From assembly GCF_006345805.1 (NCBI RefSeq), contig NW_021834472.1, forward strand, positions 1 through 48,448: a stretch of DNA of 48,448 bases, read 5' to 3'. Under the pieces are notes generated by a model that did not search any database, was not told the origin of the DNA, and saw only the letters and a program-made list of their open reading frames with translations. The stretch is from Octopus sinensis (Eukaryota). Each line of letters opens with the position of its first letter. Position 1 is the stretch's first letter. The translations under genes were made by a program, and so were the position numbers. Below, one piece after another: positions 25,455 to 37,475 of the stretch.

Positions 25455-25622
25455 GTCAACCCCAGAGGGATAAAAGACTGCTACTTTATTTTACCGACCC
25501 CAGGGGCGTGAAAGGCAAAATCGACCTCGGCGGCATTTCATGTCAGAAAGTAAAGAATCGGAAGAAATACTTCTCAGCTTTTTGTCCGGTACGATAATGA
25601 TTTTGCCAGTTCGCCGCCTTAA
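25455..25622 (-). mobile_element. Old SINE A-type copy
   Basis: aaaggcaaaatcgacctcggcggcattt...gccagttcgccgcctt. Confidence 0.75.
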
Positions 25623-25780
25623 TTATGATAATGATAGTAATTGTTTCTAATTCAGGATCAAGAACAGGAGTTTTGATGGAAGAGACAGGTGATACCATCG
25701 ACCACAGCAATTGGCTGGCACAATATTTCATCAATCCTATAATAATAACAACAATGATAATGATGATAATAATAATAATG

Positions 25781-26307
25781 AATGCCCTGATGCAGTACCA
25801 GGCAGTGTCTCTCATGGCTTCTGATCTTAACTGATTGGAAGTGTTATCATGTACATTGTTTTGTCTTGGTATAAAAGATGGGCTGCAGCAAATATTCTGC
25901 TCAATACCACAGATTTTATTGTCAGTTGTTTGACCTTAACCAGTTTAGCATGCCCCTTAGTAGCTGACGATATGTGGGGAGCATCATAGCCATGTGTTGA
26001 GAGGAATTATTTAGGGTTGGAATAATTCCCCCTTGGAAACAGGAGTGTTTCGTTCAAAACCCTTAAATAACACATATTCAGGGACCTTTTGAGCAGGATA
26101 GGCTGCTCGACCTGAAGAAAATTCTAACTGGGCCCCAGCTGCAAGGTCATGTGCTGTTTATCTTGATATGAGATCATGTCGTGCACATATGATTGTGATG
26201 CATGTGCCTGATGCACCCTTATCAGACGGGTAGTCACGATGAGTATACTGGGCTTCGTATATTTTACCCCGGTGTCACTTTGATGGCATGCGCTGCTCTC
26301 TCACTCA
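25781..26307 (-). mobile_element. Unclassified interspersed repeat F, flanked on both sides by (TAA)n; strand assignment arbitrary
   Basis: 26200-26307 is the reverse complement of 27347-27460; both copies abut (TAA/ATT)n. Confidence 0.75.
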
Positions 26308-26319
26308 ATAATAATCATT

Positions 26320-26704
26320 TCTACTAAAAGTACAAGTCCATGAAACTTTGGGGGAGTGGACTAGACGATTATATTAATCCCAGTACGCAACACGTACTTA
26401 ATTTATCAACTCCGCAAAATCGACCTCGGCTGAATTTGAACTCAGAATGTAAAGGCAGACGAAATATATATAATTTTCCTTACTACCCACAAGGGGCTAA
26501 ACACAGAGAAGACAAACAAGGACAGACAAACGGATTAAGTCGATTACATCGGCCCCAGTGCGTTACTGGTACTTAATTTATCGACCCCGTAAGGAGGAAA
26601 GGCAAAGTCGACCTCGGCGGAATTTGAACTCAGAATGTAACGGCAGATGAAATACGGCTACGCATTTCGCCCGGCGTGCTAACGTTTCTGCCAACTCGCC
26701 GTCT
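26320..26704 (-). mobile_element. SINE composite: A1 (26470-26704) joined to an A2 body and tail (26320-26466)
   Basis: Single head at 26704; the A1 tail runs into tatttcgtctg of a second body. Confidence 0.85.
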
Positions 26705-26718
26705 TAATAATAATGATG

Positions 26719-26750
<32 letters not shown>

Positions 26751-26909
26751 CGTTTCAAATTTTGGCATAAGACTAGTAAGTTTGGGGTAGGGGTATGTCA
26801 ACCAGGTCGACTTTAGTGCTTATTTTATTGACTCCAAATGGATGAAAGGCAGCATTTTGAGCGACAGCATTTTGTAACGACTCTGCAAGCTCCACGCCTT
26901 AATAATAAT

Positions 26910-27130
26910 ACCAAAACCATGCCTGTTGTTGTAGGTGTCTTTGGAATGATCAAAAAAGATAGTGACAAAATTTTTAACTAGATCCCTGGGAAACCAACAA
27001 TCCATGCGACCCAAAAAATTATGTTGACAGCAATTACACACATTCTCAGGAAGTTTCTCTCCATCTAACATATACGTGTCTTAGGTCTCTGATTGAGACT
27101 CGATCGGAAGATAAATAAAATGCAAATCAA
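26910..27130 (+). mobile_element. R4/Dong-type (restriction-like endonuclease) LINE 3' end
   Basis: KTMPVVVGVFGMIKKDSDKIFN*IPGKPTIHATQKIMLTAITHILRKFLSI* fits the P(V/I)..GALG...QK....T..ILRK.L C-terminus; preceded by (TAA)n. Confidence 0.8.
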
Positions 27131-27346
27131 TCGGAAAATGATAGTAGTAGTAGTGCTGTAATTTGTACATCTTATATAAACTCGATGACTTATCATTTCA
27201 GTCTTCTTGAAATAACATAGCGATTGTATGGTTACTCCAAACTCATCTACTGAAGAGAATTTAGTTACCCTCTATAGACATTTTGAAGTTTCTTTGAAAT
27301 GAGCAACAGCTGGTGTGTTTTTAGTAGAAAGGATTATTATTATTAT

Positions 27347-27460
27347 TGAGTGAGAGAGCAGGGCATGCCATCAAAGTGACACTGGGGTAAAATATACGAA
27401 GCCCAGTATACTCATCATGACTACTCGTCTGATAATGGTGAACCAAGCACATCCATCACA
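27347..27460 (+). mobile_element. Terminal fragment of repeat F
   Basis: Matches the reverse complement of 26200-26307; preceded by (ATT)n. Confidence 0.8.
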
Positions 27461-27619
27461 ACGACCATTCCCTTTTTTACTGCGGCAAAGAGTATCTACG
27501 ACTATAATATTCAATGTGCCTTACCGTTTTTCAAAACTCTGGTTCGTGATTTGGGGGAGAATTGGTTTGGATACCCGTCTGTCTAGAGTAAACATTTTTT
27601 TTTATCGTTGAACTTTTAA

Positions 27620-27865
27620 AAGATTTCAATTCCAAGACCGAGTGGTGTGTTGTGTTCTTGAGCAAAACGCTTCACCTCGCGCTGCTCTGGGATCACTTCG
27701 ACACTTGACGCATGGTACACAGTGCACCTCTTCAGACTATGTCGATTTGATGGACAGAGTGAGCTAATGAGCAATACGGAATACTTGATCACTATAAACA
27801 AATCATTTGTGCAGGTCGTTCGACAAAAGCTGAATGTTCAAACGTCGTCTTCGACGGGAGAGTCC
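27620..27865 (+). mobile_element. Decayed SINE (family H), head truncated
   Basis: B-box remnant ttcaattcc followed by gtgttgtgttcttgagcaaaac, shared with 44850-45122. Confidence 0.55.
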
Positions 27866-30439
27866 AGCATAATGTATATGTGTGTGCGTATGTGGTTCGG
27901 GATTTTGTTGATGTCGTGGCCTTTTTGTTTTCTTTTTTTGTTTTGCATTCATCTTTTTTTCCATTATGATAATTTAGCTAACTGTGCGTGGTGGTGATGG
28001 GGGAGGATTGAAGAAATAAATCACCTCGATAGAAATTATCCGTTTTAATAGAAGCTAAGCTCTAATTGACTATAAGCGTTTATAATAGATAAAATGTTTT
28101 CAATTAAATCTGATCTCTGATATTTTAGTTGCTGTAATTACGACCTAAAATATCTAAAATAGTAGTTAGTCGTTAATAACACTACAAAATCGGGGCAATA
28201 TATTTTTAATTTCTTTCATGCATTTTCTTTTCATCTAAGCTGCGTAGAAGCCTGCAGAGTTGATGAATAAATACATTCTCAGTCATCAGAAGGAAAATTC
28301 CGTGTAGCTAGTTCTTAACATATTGATTAATCCTATCAAAAGAATTAGATTCAATTGATTTTTTTTATTTTATCTAAACTGGGGAAAAGAATATAGATCG
28401 TTCTTTGTTGTTCTACTGAAATAAATTGAAAGTGAGGACAGCACGTCAATGCCCGTAGTAATTCTTTTAATCATGCAAAAAGATTAAGTAAATTAAAATT
28501 TTTAAGTGAAATACCGATATCTAATACTTTTCTTTTTTCTCTCGCCTTAATTTCTTTTCCTGTGCGTATTAAACAAAATCAACTTAATTGTTCTTATCCT
28601 CGGTGAAATTCTCCTGCGGTCTCAACGTTAAGCAATCCATTGTTTCACTTCGACCAACTAAATACTTGCTCGAACAATTCTATGGATTAGTCTCTTAAGA
28701 CAATTTTAAGGCTGAAAAGAGCGATACACAATATAAGTTTGAACTTTTGAATTACAGACACAGTCTGAAGACAGAGATAGAGAGAAGGATAAGGAATTGA
28801 CTCCAGTAAAATAGAAATCATTATTTAAAAGTCAATCTAAATATTTGTAGAGGAAAAGAAAAGCGACATTCTAAATTCTCAGCAACTTATCTGCCTTTCT
28901 CATATTTGTGCGCGCGTGTACACACACCCACACATAGTCTATTTCTCAGACATACGCACCGTCTGTTTCTCAGACACACTCACACACAGACAAGTCGCAG
29001 CATACATGCACAAGTCACATGCACAGAAGCCATAAAAACATACCTTCAATTATATTATTTATACAAATGTCCAAATATTTATAGGGAAAGATAAATGGAA
29101 CACGTATTTGTTTTGCAAGATTCGTATGTTGAAATAGATATTGATATACTTGGGAATGGTCAAATTTTGCCAATTAAAGACGGGCACTATAGTGTGTGTA
29201 TTTAACTGGCAAAATGTGACCATCCCCTCTTTCTAGTAGCTTCAAGAATTTAAATCAAAAAATGCAGATTCAACAAGAAATCGAAACCAGATCTGCAGAT
29301 CAGGTTGGTAGCTATATTTTAATGTATTTGGCTCTTTTCAGCACGTAACGAAATCATATAAGTTATTAATAGATGCAGAAGTACTGACGCCATATCCTTA
29401 ACAGCGCAAATCGTCCGAACACACAAATCTCTTTCTATATTGAAAACGTTGGAAATTCTACGACAGAAGTTATTCTTCAGTTTATCAGTTTTTTCTGTCG
29501 TTTTAGCTCGCTAAACAGCCTTTTCAACAATTTCACTGTCACTTGTACACTTATTTGTTGATGAATAGAATAAAGACAGAAAGCAGGACACACATAAGCC
29601 TCGAGTGAACATCATGTACAGATATTGTTATACATACACATACACACCGCTGACAGTTTTACTACAAAACATTCCAAAGAATCGTTGTCTTCAGAATTCG
29701 TCTCACACATCGACACCTCCCCCCCCCCCACCATCATTTCCCAATTTCTGCTCAAGCAAAAGTAAGTCTTATTAAGAACTATAGCTGAATCAGACGAATG
29801 AAAGTTTTGAAAGAAATATCAACAGAAAGTAGTTTGCATATTTTTCACTCCCTCTTTTCTTTTCGTTTTGTAAACCAACATCTGCATTTGGCATAGAGTT
29901 TCTTGAATGATTATCGATATTGTCCAGACAAGAACTGTGGTGCAGAGAAGAGTATGGGAACCATTTTCACACACACTCGCATGTATGTATATATATATAT
30001 GTGCACACAACACAACCATATATTATTTACGTTATAAAGAATTTAGAGATTACGGGAGACGTATCCCAAAGGATGCCTTCGAATTTTGTCAATCGAAATA
30101 GTCTTTAACACAATATTTATACGCTATCAATTATAACTTTATCTACTTTGATTTCCAACGTTTAAACGATGTACATGTGTGTGTGTGTGGATATATAAGT
30201 CGTTTTAACTTTATAACTCGAAGTAGATAAAGGTATAAAGAGCATCATATTAAATATTTGATTTAAAAGAAAAAAAGGTCAAAATCGTATGACACGAACC
30301 GACATCGTCTGTGGTCGTGGCAGATGTACTACCATTATACCAAAAAAGCTTTTGAGGTCTATATAACCATTTTAGATGTTCCGTTCTTATCAGCGAAAAT
30401 GTTATACTCTTTATATTATATGAATTTATTATTATTATT

Positions 30440-30647
30440 CGTTTAGCTGCAGAAACGTTATCACGGCGGTTAGAATGCTTAGTGGCATTTCGCTCGTCAT
30501 TACATTCTGAGCTCAAATTCTTCCAAGGTCGACTTTACCTTCCGTCCTCTCGGTCTCGATAAAATAGGAATCAATTAAGCTGAGGAATCGATGTAATCGA
30601 TTTACCCCTCCCCTGACATTGTCGGACTTATCCCAAAATTTGAAACC
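30440..30647 (+). mobile_element. Old SINE A2-type copy
   Basis: gcagaaacgttatcac...gagctcaaattc...gtcgactttacc...cccctccc..aaatttgaaacc. Confidence 0.75.
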
Positions 30648-30892
30648 ATTATTCTTTGCTTAGAGATATTAAATAAATCATTTTAACTTCAGAATTATAA
30701 ATAGCAGCATGTAACAGAATATTGATTTTAAAAGATCCTCTTGAATAGAAAAAAGTCGTGGGTTGCCTGACGGACACAAATCCACATCTGTGGTTATGAC
30801 AACCATTATACCAAAACAGTACTGTCCCACGTGCACCCTTCACCTTTCCTCTGTTCAAAGGGATTTCTACATGCTATTATTTATACATTTAT

Positions 30893-31127
30893 AAGGCGGC
30901 GAGCTGGCAGAAACGCTAGCACGCCGGGCGAAATGCGTAGCCGTATTTCGTCTGCCGTTACGTTCTGAGTTCAAATTCCGCCGAGGTCGACTTTGCCTTT
31001 CATCCTTTCGGGGTCGATAATTTAAGTACCAGTTACGCACTGGGGTCGATTTAATCGACTTAATCCGTTTGTCTGTCCTTGTTTGTCCCCTCTGTGTGTA
31101 GCATCTTGTGGGTAGTAAATAAATAGG
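30893..31127 (+). mobile_element. SINE A1 full length with 18-bp TSD
   Basis: tattatttatacatttat at 30875-30892 and 31128-31145. Confidence 0.96.
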
Positions 31128-31631
31128 TATTATTTATACATTTATTTCCGTCGAATTCCACGGTTAAAATTATTTATTTCATAACTCATGCAGCTTGTAT
31201 AAAGTTAGAAGTAGATTCTTAAAAAGTAAACTATGCATGAGTGCGTGTATTATGGTATGTTTGTGTGTGTGTATGCGTGCGTATGTATACTTCGTTTTTG
31301 CATTTGGCTTGCAATATTCTTCATGTGAAATTGCGTGTTGAAAGCAATCTTGTGCCTTGGGAGGTCCAGTAATCACCCAGAAACGCCAGATCTTCTGAAG
31401 AAAATAGTAATTTATTTCATAGTTATTTACTAATCTCAGTTAGTGTGTAGAGATAAATGAGAACTGCATTTTTCGTGAGTGAATCTAGGATTCGCTACTG
31501 AGATACGCATAAAGATAATGTAATTTATAAAGTTATAATAAAACATTTAACTAAATCCCGTCTTGTATTCTGTTAATCATTGTATGCTGTTAATCATTCA
31601 AATGTATATAATACAAGATAATCAGAAGACA

Positions 31632-31935
31632 AATTATGTACATTATTTACATTATTTACAATTGACAGATATTTGTCCTCATCAGGTGTCTTGGGGAAAC
31701 TTCGAACCTGGGTTTTTATTCCTAAGGTATTTTTCGTTGTTGTTGTTGTTGTTCTTCTTATTATTATTATTCAGTTCACTGCCTGGAATCGAACTCGGAA
31801 TCTTGGAGTTAGTAGCTAGCGCTCTTAACCACTACGCCATATGACCGTGGACGTATGGCGTAGTGATTAAGGACAAATATCTCCGTCAATTGTAAATAAT
31901 GTACATAATTCCTCATCCCTTAAATATAGAACTGT
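31632..31935 (-). mobile_element. Family D element, second copy; head-to-head palindrome with deletions
   Basis: Central inverted repeat 31824-31843/31852-31871 over the A-box; outer inverted ends 31632-31679/31870-31910; the HHR is deleted after CTGATGA. Confidence 0.8.
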
Positions 31936-32062
31936 AAGAGAAATTATGTTGAATACTTGATTGTAGTTGGATGTACATTCATTTACGTTGAACTCTAAGC
32001 TAACTGTTTTGCTATTTCATTCTAAATAGCAACTTTTCAGTGTGTGTGTGTGTGTGTGTTTT

Positions 32063-32283
32063 CACGAATGGATGCTGAAAAGTTTCTGACTTTGGGTAAA
32101 AGAAAATACAGGAGGAACAATTACTTGTGATTTTATTCATCATATTCCCCTCTCAAATCCACACACTTATGACAGCGGTCCTTCAGTTTTTCTCAACCCT
32201 GTAAAAGAACTAGGAATGTTGGGCCTCCAACCAGGCCTTTCGCGACACCCTTAAAACCAGGAACTTTTCAACACCCCCTGCTA
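32063..32283. mobile_element. Mariner-type MITE
   Basis: TIRs cacgaatggatgctgaaaagtttctgacttt / aaaaccaggaacttttcaacaccccctgcta. Confidence 0.8.
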
Positions 32284-32563
32284 TATTATTCGGTAAAAAA
32301 ATGAAAAAAATACCAATATTAACTTGCCGTGGGGAGTTGAAAATCAAACACTTCGGATAAAGTCCTCCTGCAAGGAAACGTTGTTAGGAATTGAGAAATT
32401 AAAGAGAGGCATCAGAATTTTAAATCCCCTCACCGATGCTCAGGAATGCATTATCAATTATGTTTCTGGGAACTTAGCGAGATTCGGATCTTTCAATAAC
32501 AGTCTCCTATCTATCTATCTATCTATCCATCTATCCATCTATCTATCTATCTATCTATCTATT

Positions 32564-32857
<294 letters not shown>

Positions 32858-33799
32858 AATCGATAGGAGTCTGATGTTCAAAGATGAAGGAACTCCTAAG
32901 ATCCCAGAGATACCTTTAATATTGTATTCCAGATCATCAGTGAGGTGTATCTGGAATGTAATTAGGAACGTTAACGGGTTTCCAAGTTTTAAATCTTAAT
33001 TTTATTAAGCATAGTTATTTGTCCTGTCCTCTACTGAATCCTCAAAAACCCTCCTCAAGAAATCCTGGTTTTCTCAATCGCTTTCCATATGATATTAATA
33101 CATTTAATTGATGCCCAGCCTGTCTCTAATTTATTTTCTGTGAGTTAACCTCAAGTCAGCACTGATCAAGTAAACCTGTGATCTAAGATATTCTGGCCAT
33201 GCAATCTCGCTTATTTTAATTTATAGTTTGTTAGAGTACATTTAACGATTACGTCAGCTCTTTATTTTCGAAGACAACAGACTGGGATTTGAGTGAAATA
33301 TGGATAGTTTTTTCTAAGAAGTCGAATTGGCTGCCGTACAAGAATTTTATGATACAACAACTGAATGAATAGCTGCAACGAATAGCTTTAGATTTCGATT
33401 ATCAACACAGAGTATATTTGTCTGCGGTTTGCCAGACACCATTCTTGTACACACTTCAAACATTATAATAAATCTATTTTTCAGATTTCGTTACAAGTCG
33501 TACGAAATTATTTCACTAATAACACAAGTTACCTCCACTTCAGCATTCTAGATCTTATCTTTTGTGCCAATTCCAAATATATATCTCATTTATCTTTATC
33601 TGTTGTAATTTGCCTTTCATTTAGCCTCAACAGTCTACAGCTTCTATACTGATAATGCATGCTTTCATGCTCAATGTATTCTTAGACGGCATCAGCTTTA
33701 CTCTCGCGATATTCCCCTTCTTGTAACTTGCTAATCTTTCTAAACACTTTCCCATCTTCATGTTGTAAGTACATAAATCTTTGTTTCCCCTTTCTCTCT

Positions 33800-33846
33800 C
33801 CCTCTCTCTCTCTCTTATTTTCTCCCCTTCTATCTTTCTCTTTCTC

Positions 33847-33885
<39 letters not shown>

Positions 33886-34152
33886 TGCTCTATCTAAATC
33901 TAAGTCTTTCTCAATCTTTCCGCTTCACTCTTGTTCACTCATTCTCCCATTCTTTCTCTTACTCATTCTCTCCATTCTCTCATTCTTTCTCTTACTCTTT
34001 CACTCATTCTCTCATTCTTTCTCTAACTCTTTCACTCATTCTCTCAATCTTTCTCTTACTCATTCACTCATTCTCTCCATTCTCTCATTCTTTCTCTTAC
34101 TCATTCACTCCATTCTCTCATTCTTTCTCTTACTCATTCACTCATTCTCTCT
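33800..34152. repeat. CT-rich low complexity, (TA)n and a CATT/CTCT minisatellite-like array
   Basis: Repeated ttctctcattctttctcttactcattcactca units. Confidence 0.85.
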
Positions 34153-34451
34153 ATCTGTCTCATTTAATCTTTGTTTCTCACGAATGAATTTCTAATTTAA
34201 AGGTTTCAAATCTTTTCATTTTTGCTTTTCGTGCCAGTGCTGAAAAGATTATATTTATATACCACTCACGTTTCTTCGATATTAATTTATAGTTTGTATA
34301 TATTAATTTGTAGTTTAATCTACAGTTTCAGATATATATTTTAAATGTGTAGTTGCTTTAATGAAAATAAATAAATACTAAGTTGAATGCAGAAGTGATA
34401 TAGAGGAGCACAAGCTCATCTCTAATATTATAACATTACAATTGTAATAGA

Positions 34452-34803
34452 TATTCTTTTCTACTCTAGGCACAAGGCCAGATTAGATCGACTCCAGTAC
34501 ACAACTGGTACTTAATTTATAGACCTCTAAAGGATGAAAGGCAAGGTCGATTTCGGCGGAATTTGAACTCAGAATATAAAGACAGACGAAACACTGCTAA
34601 GCATTTCGCCCGGCGTGCTAACGTTTCTTATTTCTTTATTGCCCACAAGGGGCTACACACAGAGGGGGCAAACAAGGACAGACAAACGGATTAAGTCGAT
34701 TATATCGACCCCAGTGCGTAACTGGTACTTATTTAATCGACCCCGAAAGGATGAAAAGCAAAGTCGATCTCGGCGGAATTTTAACTCAGAACGTAACGGC
34801 AGA
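34452..34803 (-). mobile_element. SINE composite: 5'-truncated A1 (34628-34803) joined to A2 (34452-34627)
   Basis: In element sense, the A1 tail caataaagaaata runs into agaaacgttagcacg of the A2 head. Confidence 0.85.
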
Positions 34804-35019
34804 AAGGGGATCTCTGATCCTCTTTCTAATTATCTTGTGGACGCAGATGTAATTAATTAAGCAATAAATTTCCTCCACAATCATGAATATCTGGGTTCTA
34901 TCTCACTGCATAGCATATTGGGCGAGTACCTTTACCATAGTTTTGGGTGACCCTGAAACCTTAAATAGCATTGGTAGAAGGAAACTCAACTGAAGCCCTC
35001 AGAAATTCTAAAAGTACAG

Positions 35020-35321
35020 CCTGATTATTTTCGACACCATTTGCTTAATCGAGCTGTTAAGCCCGCTGAAGCTGCTCGTGAGATTTGTATTGTGTATGGA
35101 GAAGGAACAATGCCTCAAAGTACCGCCCACTGTTGGTTTTCGCGCTTCAAAAATGGGAATTTTGACCTCAAGGACAGATCACACACCCGTCGACCAATTG
35201 AGTTCAATGAAGAGTGATTGAATCAACTTCTTTACGAAAAACTATGTCAAACGACCAGAAAATTGGTAGAGCAGATGGACTGTGATAAAAAAAAATTGTG
35301 ATGATCCACCTTCACTCAATG
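35020..35321 (+). pseudogene. Mariner transposase N-terminal HTH fragment
   Basis: DYFRHHLLNRAVKPAEAAREICIVYGEGTMPQSTAHCWFSRFKNGNFDLKDRSHTRRPIEFNEE*LNQLL. Confidence 0.88.
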
Positions 35322-35328
35322 TGCAAGG

Positions 35329-35550
35329 TTCATCGAACTCAATTGGTCGACTGGTGTTTGATCCGTCCTTGAGATCAAAATTACAATTTCTGAAGAGCGA
35401 AAACCAACGGCGGGCGGTACTTTGAGACATTGTTCCTTCTCCATACACAGCACAACTCTCTGTAACAGCATCGGCGGGCTTAGCACCTCGGTTAAACACT
35501 AAAAGTAAATGGTGTCGAAAATACTCAGTCTTGTCCACTTGATATTCCAT
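35329..35550 (-). pseudogene. Mariner transposase N-terminal HTH fragment, second copy
   Basis: MEYQVDKTEYFRHHLLLVFNRGAKPADAVTESCAVYGEGTMSQSTARRWFSLFRNCNFDLKDGSNTSRPIEFDE. Confidence 0.9.
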
Positions 35551-36239
35551 AAATCAATAACATTTATAAAATCAAAACACACTATTTTGTAGAGCAAAAT
35601 TTATCATTCAAATAACAAAACATTTTGCCAATGCGTTTTATTTCTGCGTGCATTTTTCAATTTGAAAAAAGGGATGATAAATTCATGATTGTGGAGGAAA
35701 TTTATTGCTTAATTAATTACATCTGCGTCCACAAGATAATTAGAAAGAGGATCAGAGAATGCCAAACGGACTTGGAACGCGAAGTTTTCACAGATGTACA
35801 TTACAACTCCACCATGGCTCCTATTTTTTCTGTTGTTCGCAAGATAACATATTTTAGTGCGTGTTTTTCTGCATCGGCGAGCTAGGTGCGTTTCAGCGAG
35901 AGCTGTGCATAAGTCTTGATTTCATGTCACAAGGGCTCTCACGAAGGGAATTTTGATTTTGTTACCGACTTGTAACTGTCTTCTTAGGTTCAGTAAGAGT
36001 ATTGATGTAACATCTGTGCTGATGTCACAGATGGCCATCCTGGATCCATTGGTTGTGGCGGTTTTGTATGTTAGTGCCGATGACTCCAATCTGAAATTGA
36101 TGTGGCTAGGTCAGTTGTCGCAAAATCTTTTGCGCCATGCATAAAAAGATTATTGCTAAGCTGCATCTCTTATGTCAACATTTAGATAGGGCTGGTTGTT
36201 GTGCATACTACATCATCGCATTTTCGTTTTCGTGCAGGG

Positions 36240-36401
36240 GATGCGCAACTTATCCCTTTTGGAGTCTATATTCTCTTATTCCTTTCTGTTGTAGAGCGTA
36301 GGCTCAATACGGAAAAGACTTCCTCACATTCTCGAGCGTCAAACTAATACACCTGCTTGTTGTTCATACACCTGTTTTCGGCTTTTATTTTTCTGAAATT
36401 T

Positions 36402-36410
<9 letters not shown>
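36240..36410 (+). mobile_element. Penelope-like terminal fragment with a decayed hammerhead-like fold (36282-36317)
   Basis: cttt-ctgttgta-gagc gtag gctc-aatac-gga-aaag keeps the stem I and stem II geometry but the core is damaged; abuts (TA)n. Confidence 0.4.
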
Positions 36411-36480
<70 letters not shown>

Positions 36481-36482
<2 letters not shown>

Positions 36483-36970
36483 CTTATAAACAAGGACAAC
36501 AGAAAAATTATTTCAATGCCAATATGCTGAGAGCAGACTTTAAATCGTCAATTTCCACATTATTGGCGATTTAAAGTCTGTTGCCCTTGTTTATAAGTTA
36601 TTTATAATTTTAAACTTTATGGGTATTTTAATATGCTGCCACTTTTGATGAAAGTTTTTTTCTGAAAAAAATTTCATTCGATATTAGTAGTAGTAGCAGT
36701 AGTATATATATATATATATATATATATAACTTATAAACAAGGACAACAGAAAAATTATTTCAATGCCAATATGCTGAGAGCAGACTTTAAATCGTCAATT
36801 TCCACATTATTGGCGATTTAAAGTCTGTTGCCCTTGTTTATAAGTTATTTATAATTTTAAACTTTATGGGTATTTTAATATGCTGCCACTTTTGATGAAA
36901 GTTTTTTTCTGAAAAAAATTTCATTCGATATTAGTAGTAGTAGCAGTAGTATATATATATATATATATAT
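36481..36970 (+). repeat. Exact 247-bp tandem duplication bounded by (TA)n; each unit has nested inverted repeats
   Basis: Units start at 36481 and 36728; inverted arms 36480-36503/36577-36600 and 36534-36552/36562-36580. Confidence 0.93.
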
Positions 36971-37475
36971 ACTGTATATACACACACACACAACAAACAA
37001 GTTAAAAATAATCGCCATTATATATTTTTCCTTTTCTTGGAACAAGTTAGGCTTACAGTTGTATCCAAAGAAAATTAATGCTATTTTCACGAGCATCATT
37101 TCTGGTTATAAGAAGCAAAGCAATGAAAGAATGGCTGTTGTATGGTTTAAGTGCGGAGAATATCTACCCTATACACAATGCTAATAGGGTAACGTGAGTT
37201 GACCTGACTACAAACACTAATGTTTTATGACTGTCCCTCTTCCAAATTTTGACAATGCAATGCCTCTGCCTCCAGTAAGTGGCTCTCTATATATTCTTTT
37301 ATTCTTCAATTTTTTTTACTTGCTTCTGTCATAACACTGCGATATATGCATATCAATATTTTTATATACACACACATGTATGTAAGTACACACACTTACA
37401 TACACCCCTCTCTCTCTCTTTATCTATCTATATATATATATATATATATATATATCTATATATATATATATATAT

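Larger units (their letters stand above)
34811..35758. repeat. Perfect 78-bp inverted repeat (34811-34888 / 35681-35758) enclosing inverted mariner fragments
   Basis: Base-by-base reverse-complement identity over 78 nt; no TSD seen. Confidence 0.92.

Noticed and set aside
25185-25511. 108-aa ORF MSKNGRLYVSK...
   Set aside because: AT-rich, runs into a decayed SINE, and has no domain or splice support.
32324-32500. Non-repetitive start of the 166-aa ORF (TLRIKSSCKETLLGIEK...)
   Set aside because: No convincing splice sites or homology; its length comes from a downstream microsatellite.
35384-35400. ctgaagagcgaaa
   Set aside because: Lies in mariner coding sequence and has no stem II.
36640-36680. 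UUGAUGA-AAG..CU-GAAA in the 247-bp unit
   Set aside because: Only a 2-bp stem II and no stem I or cleavage triplet.
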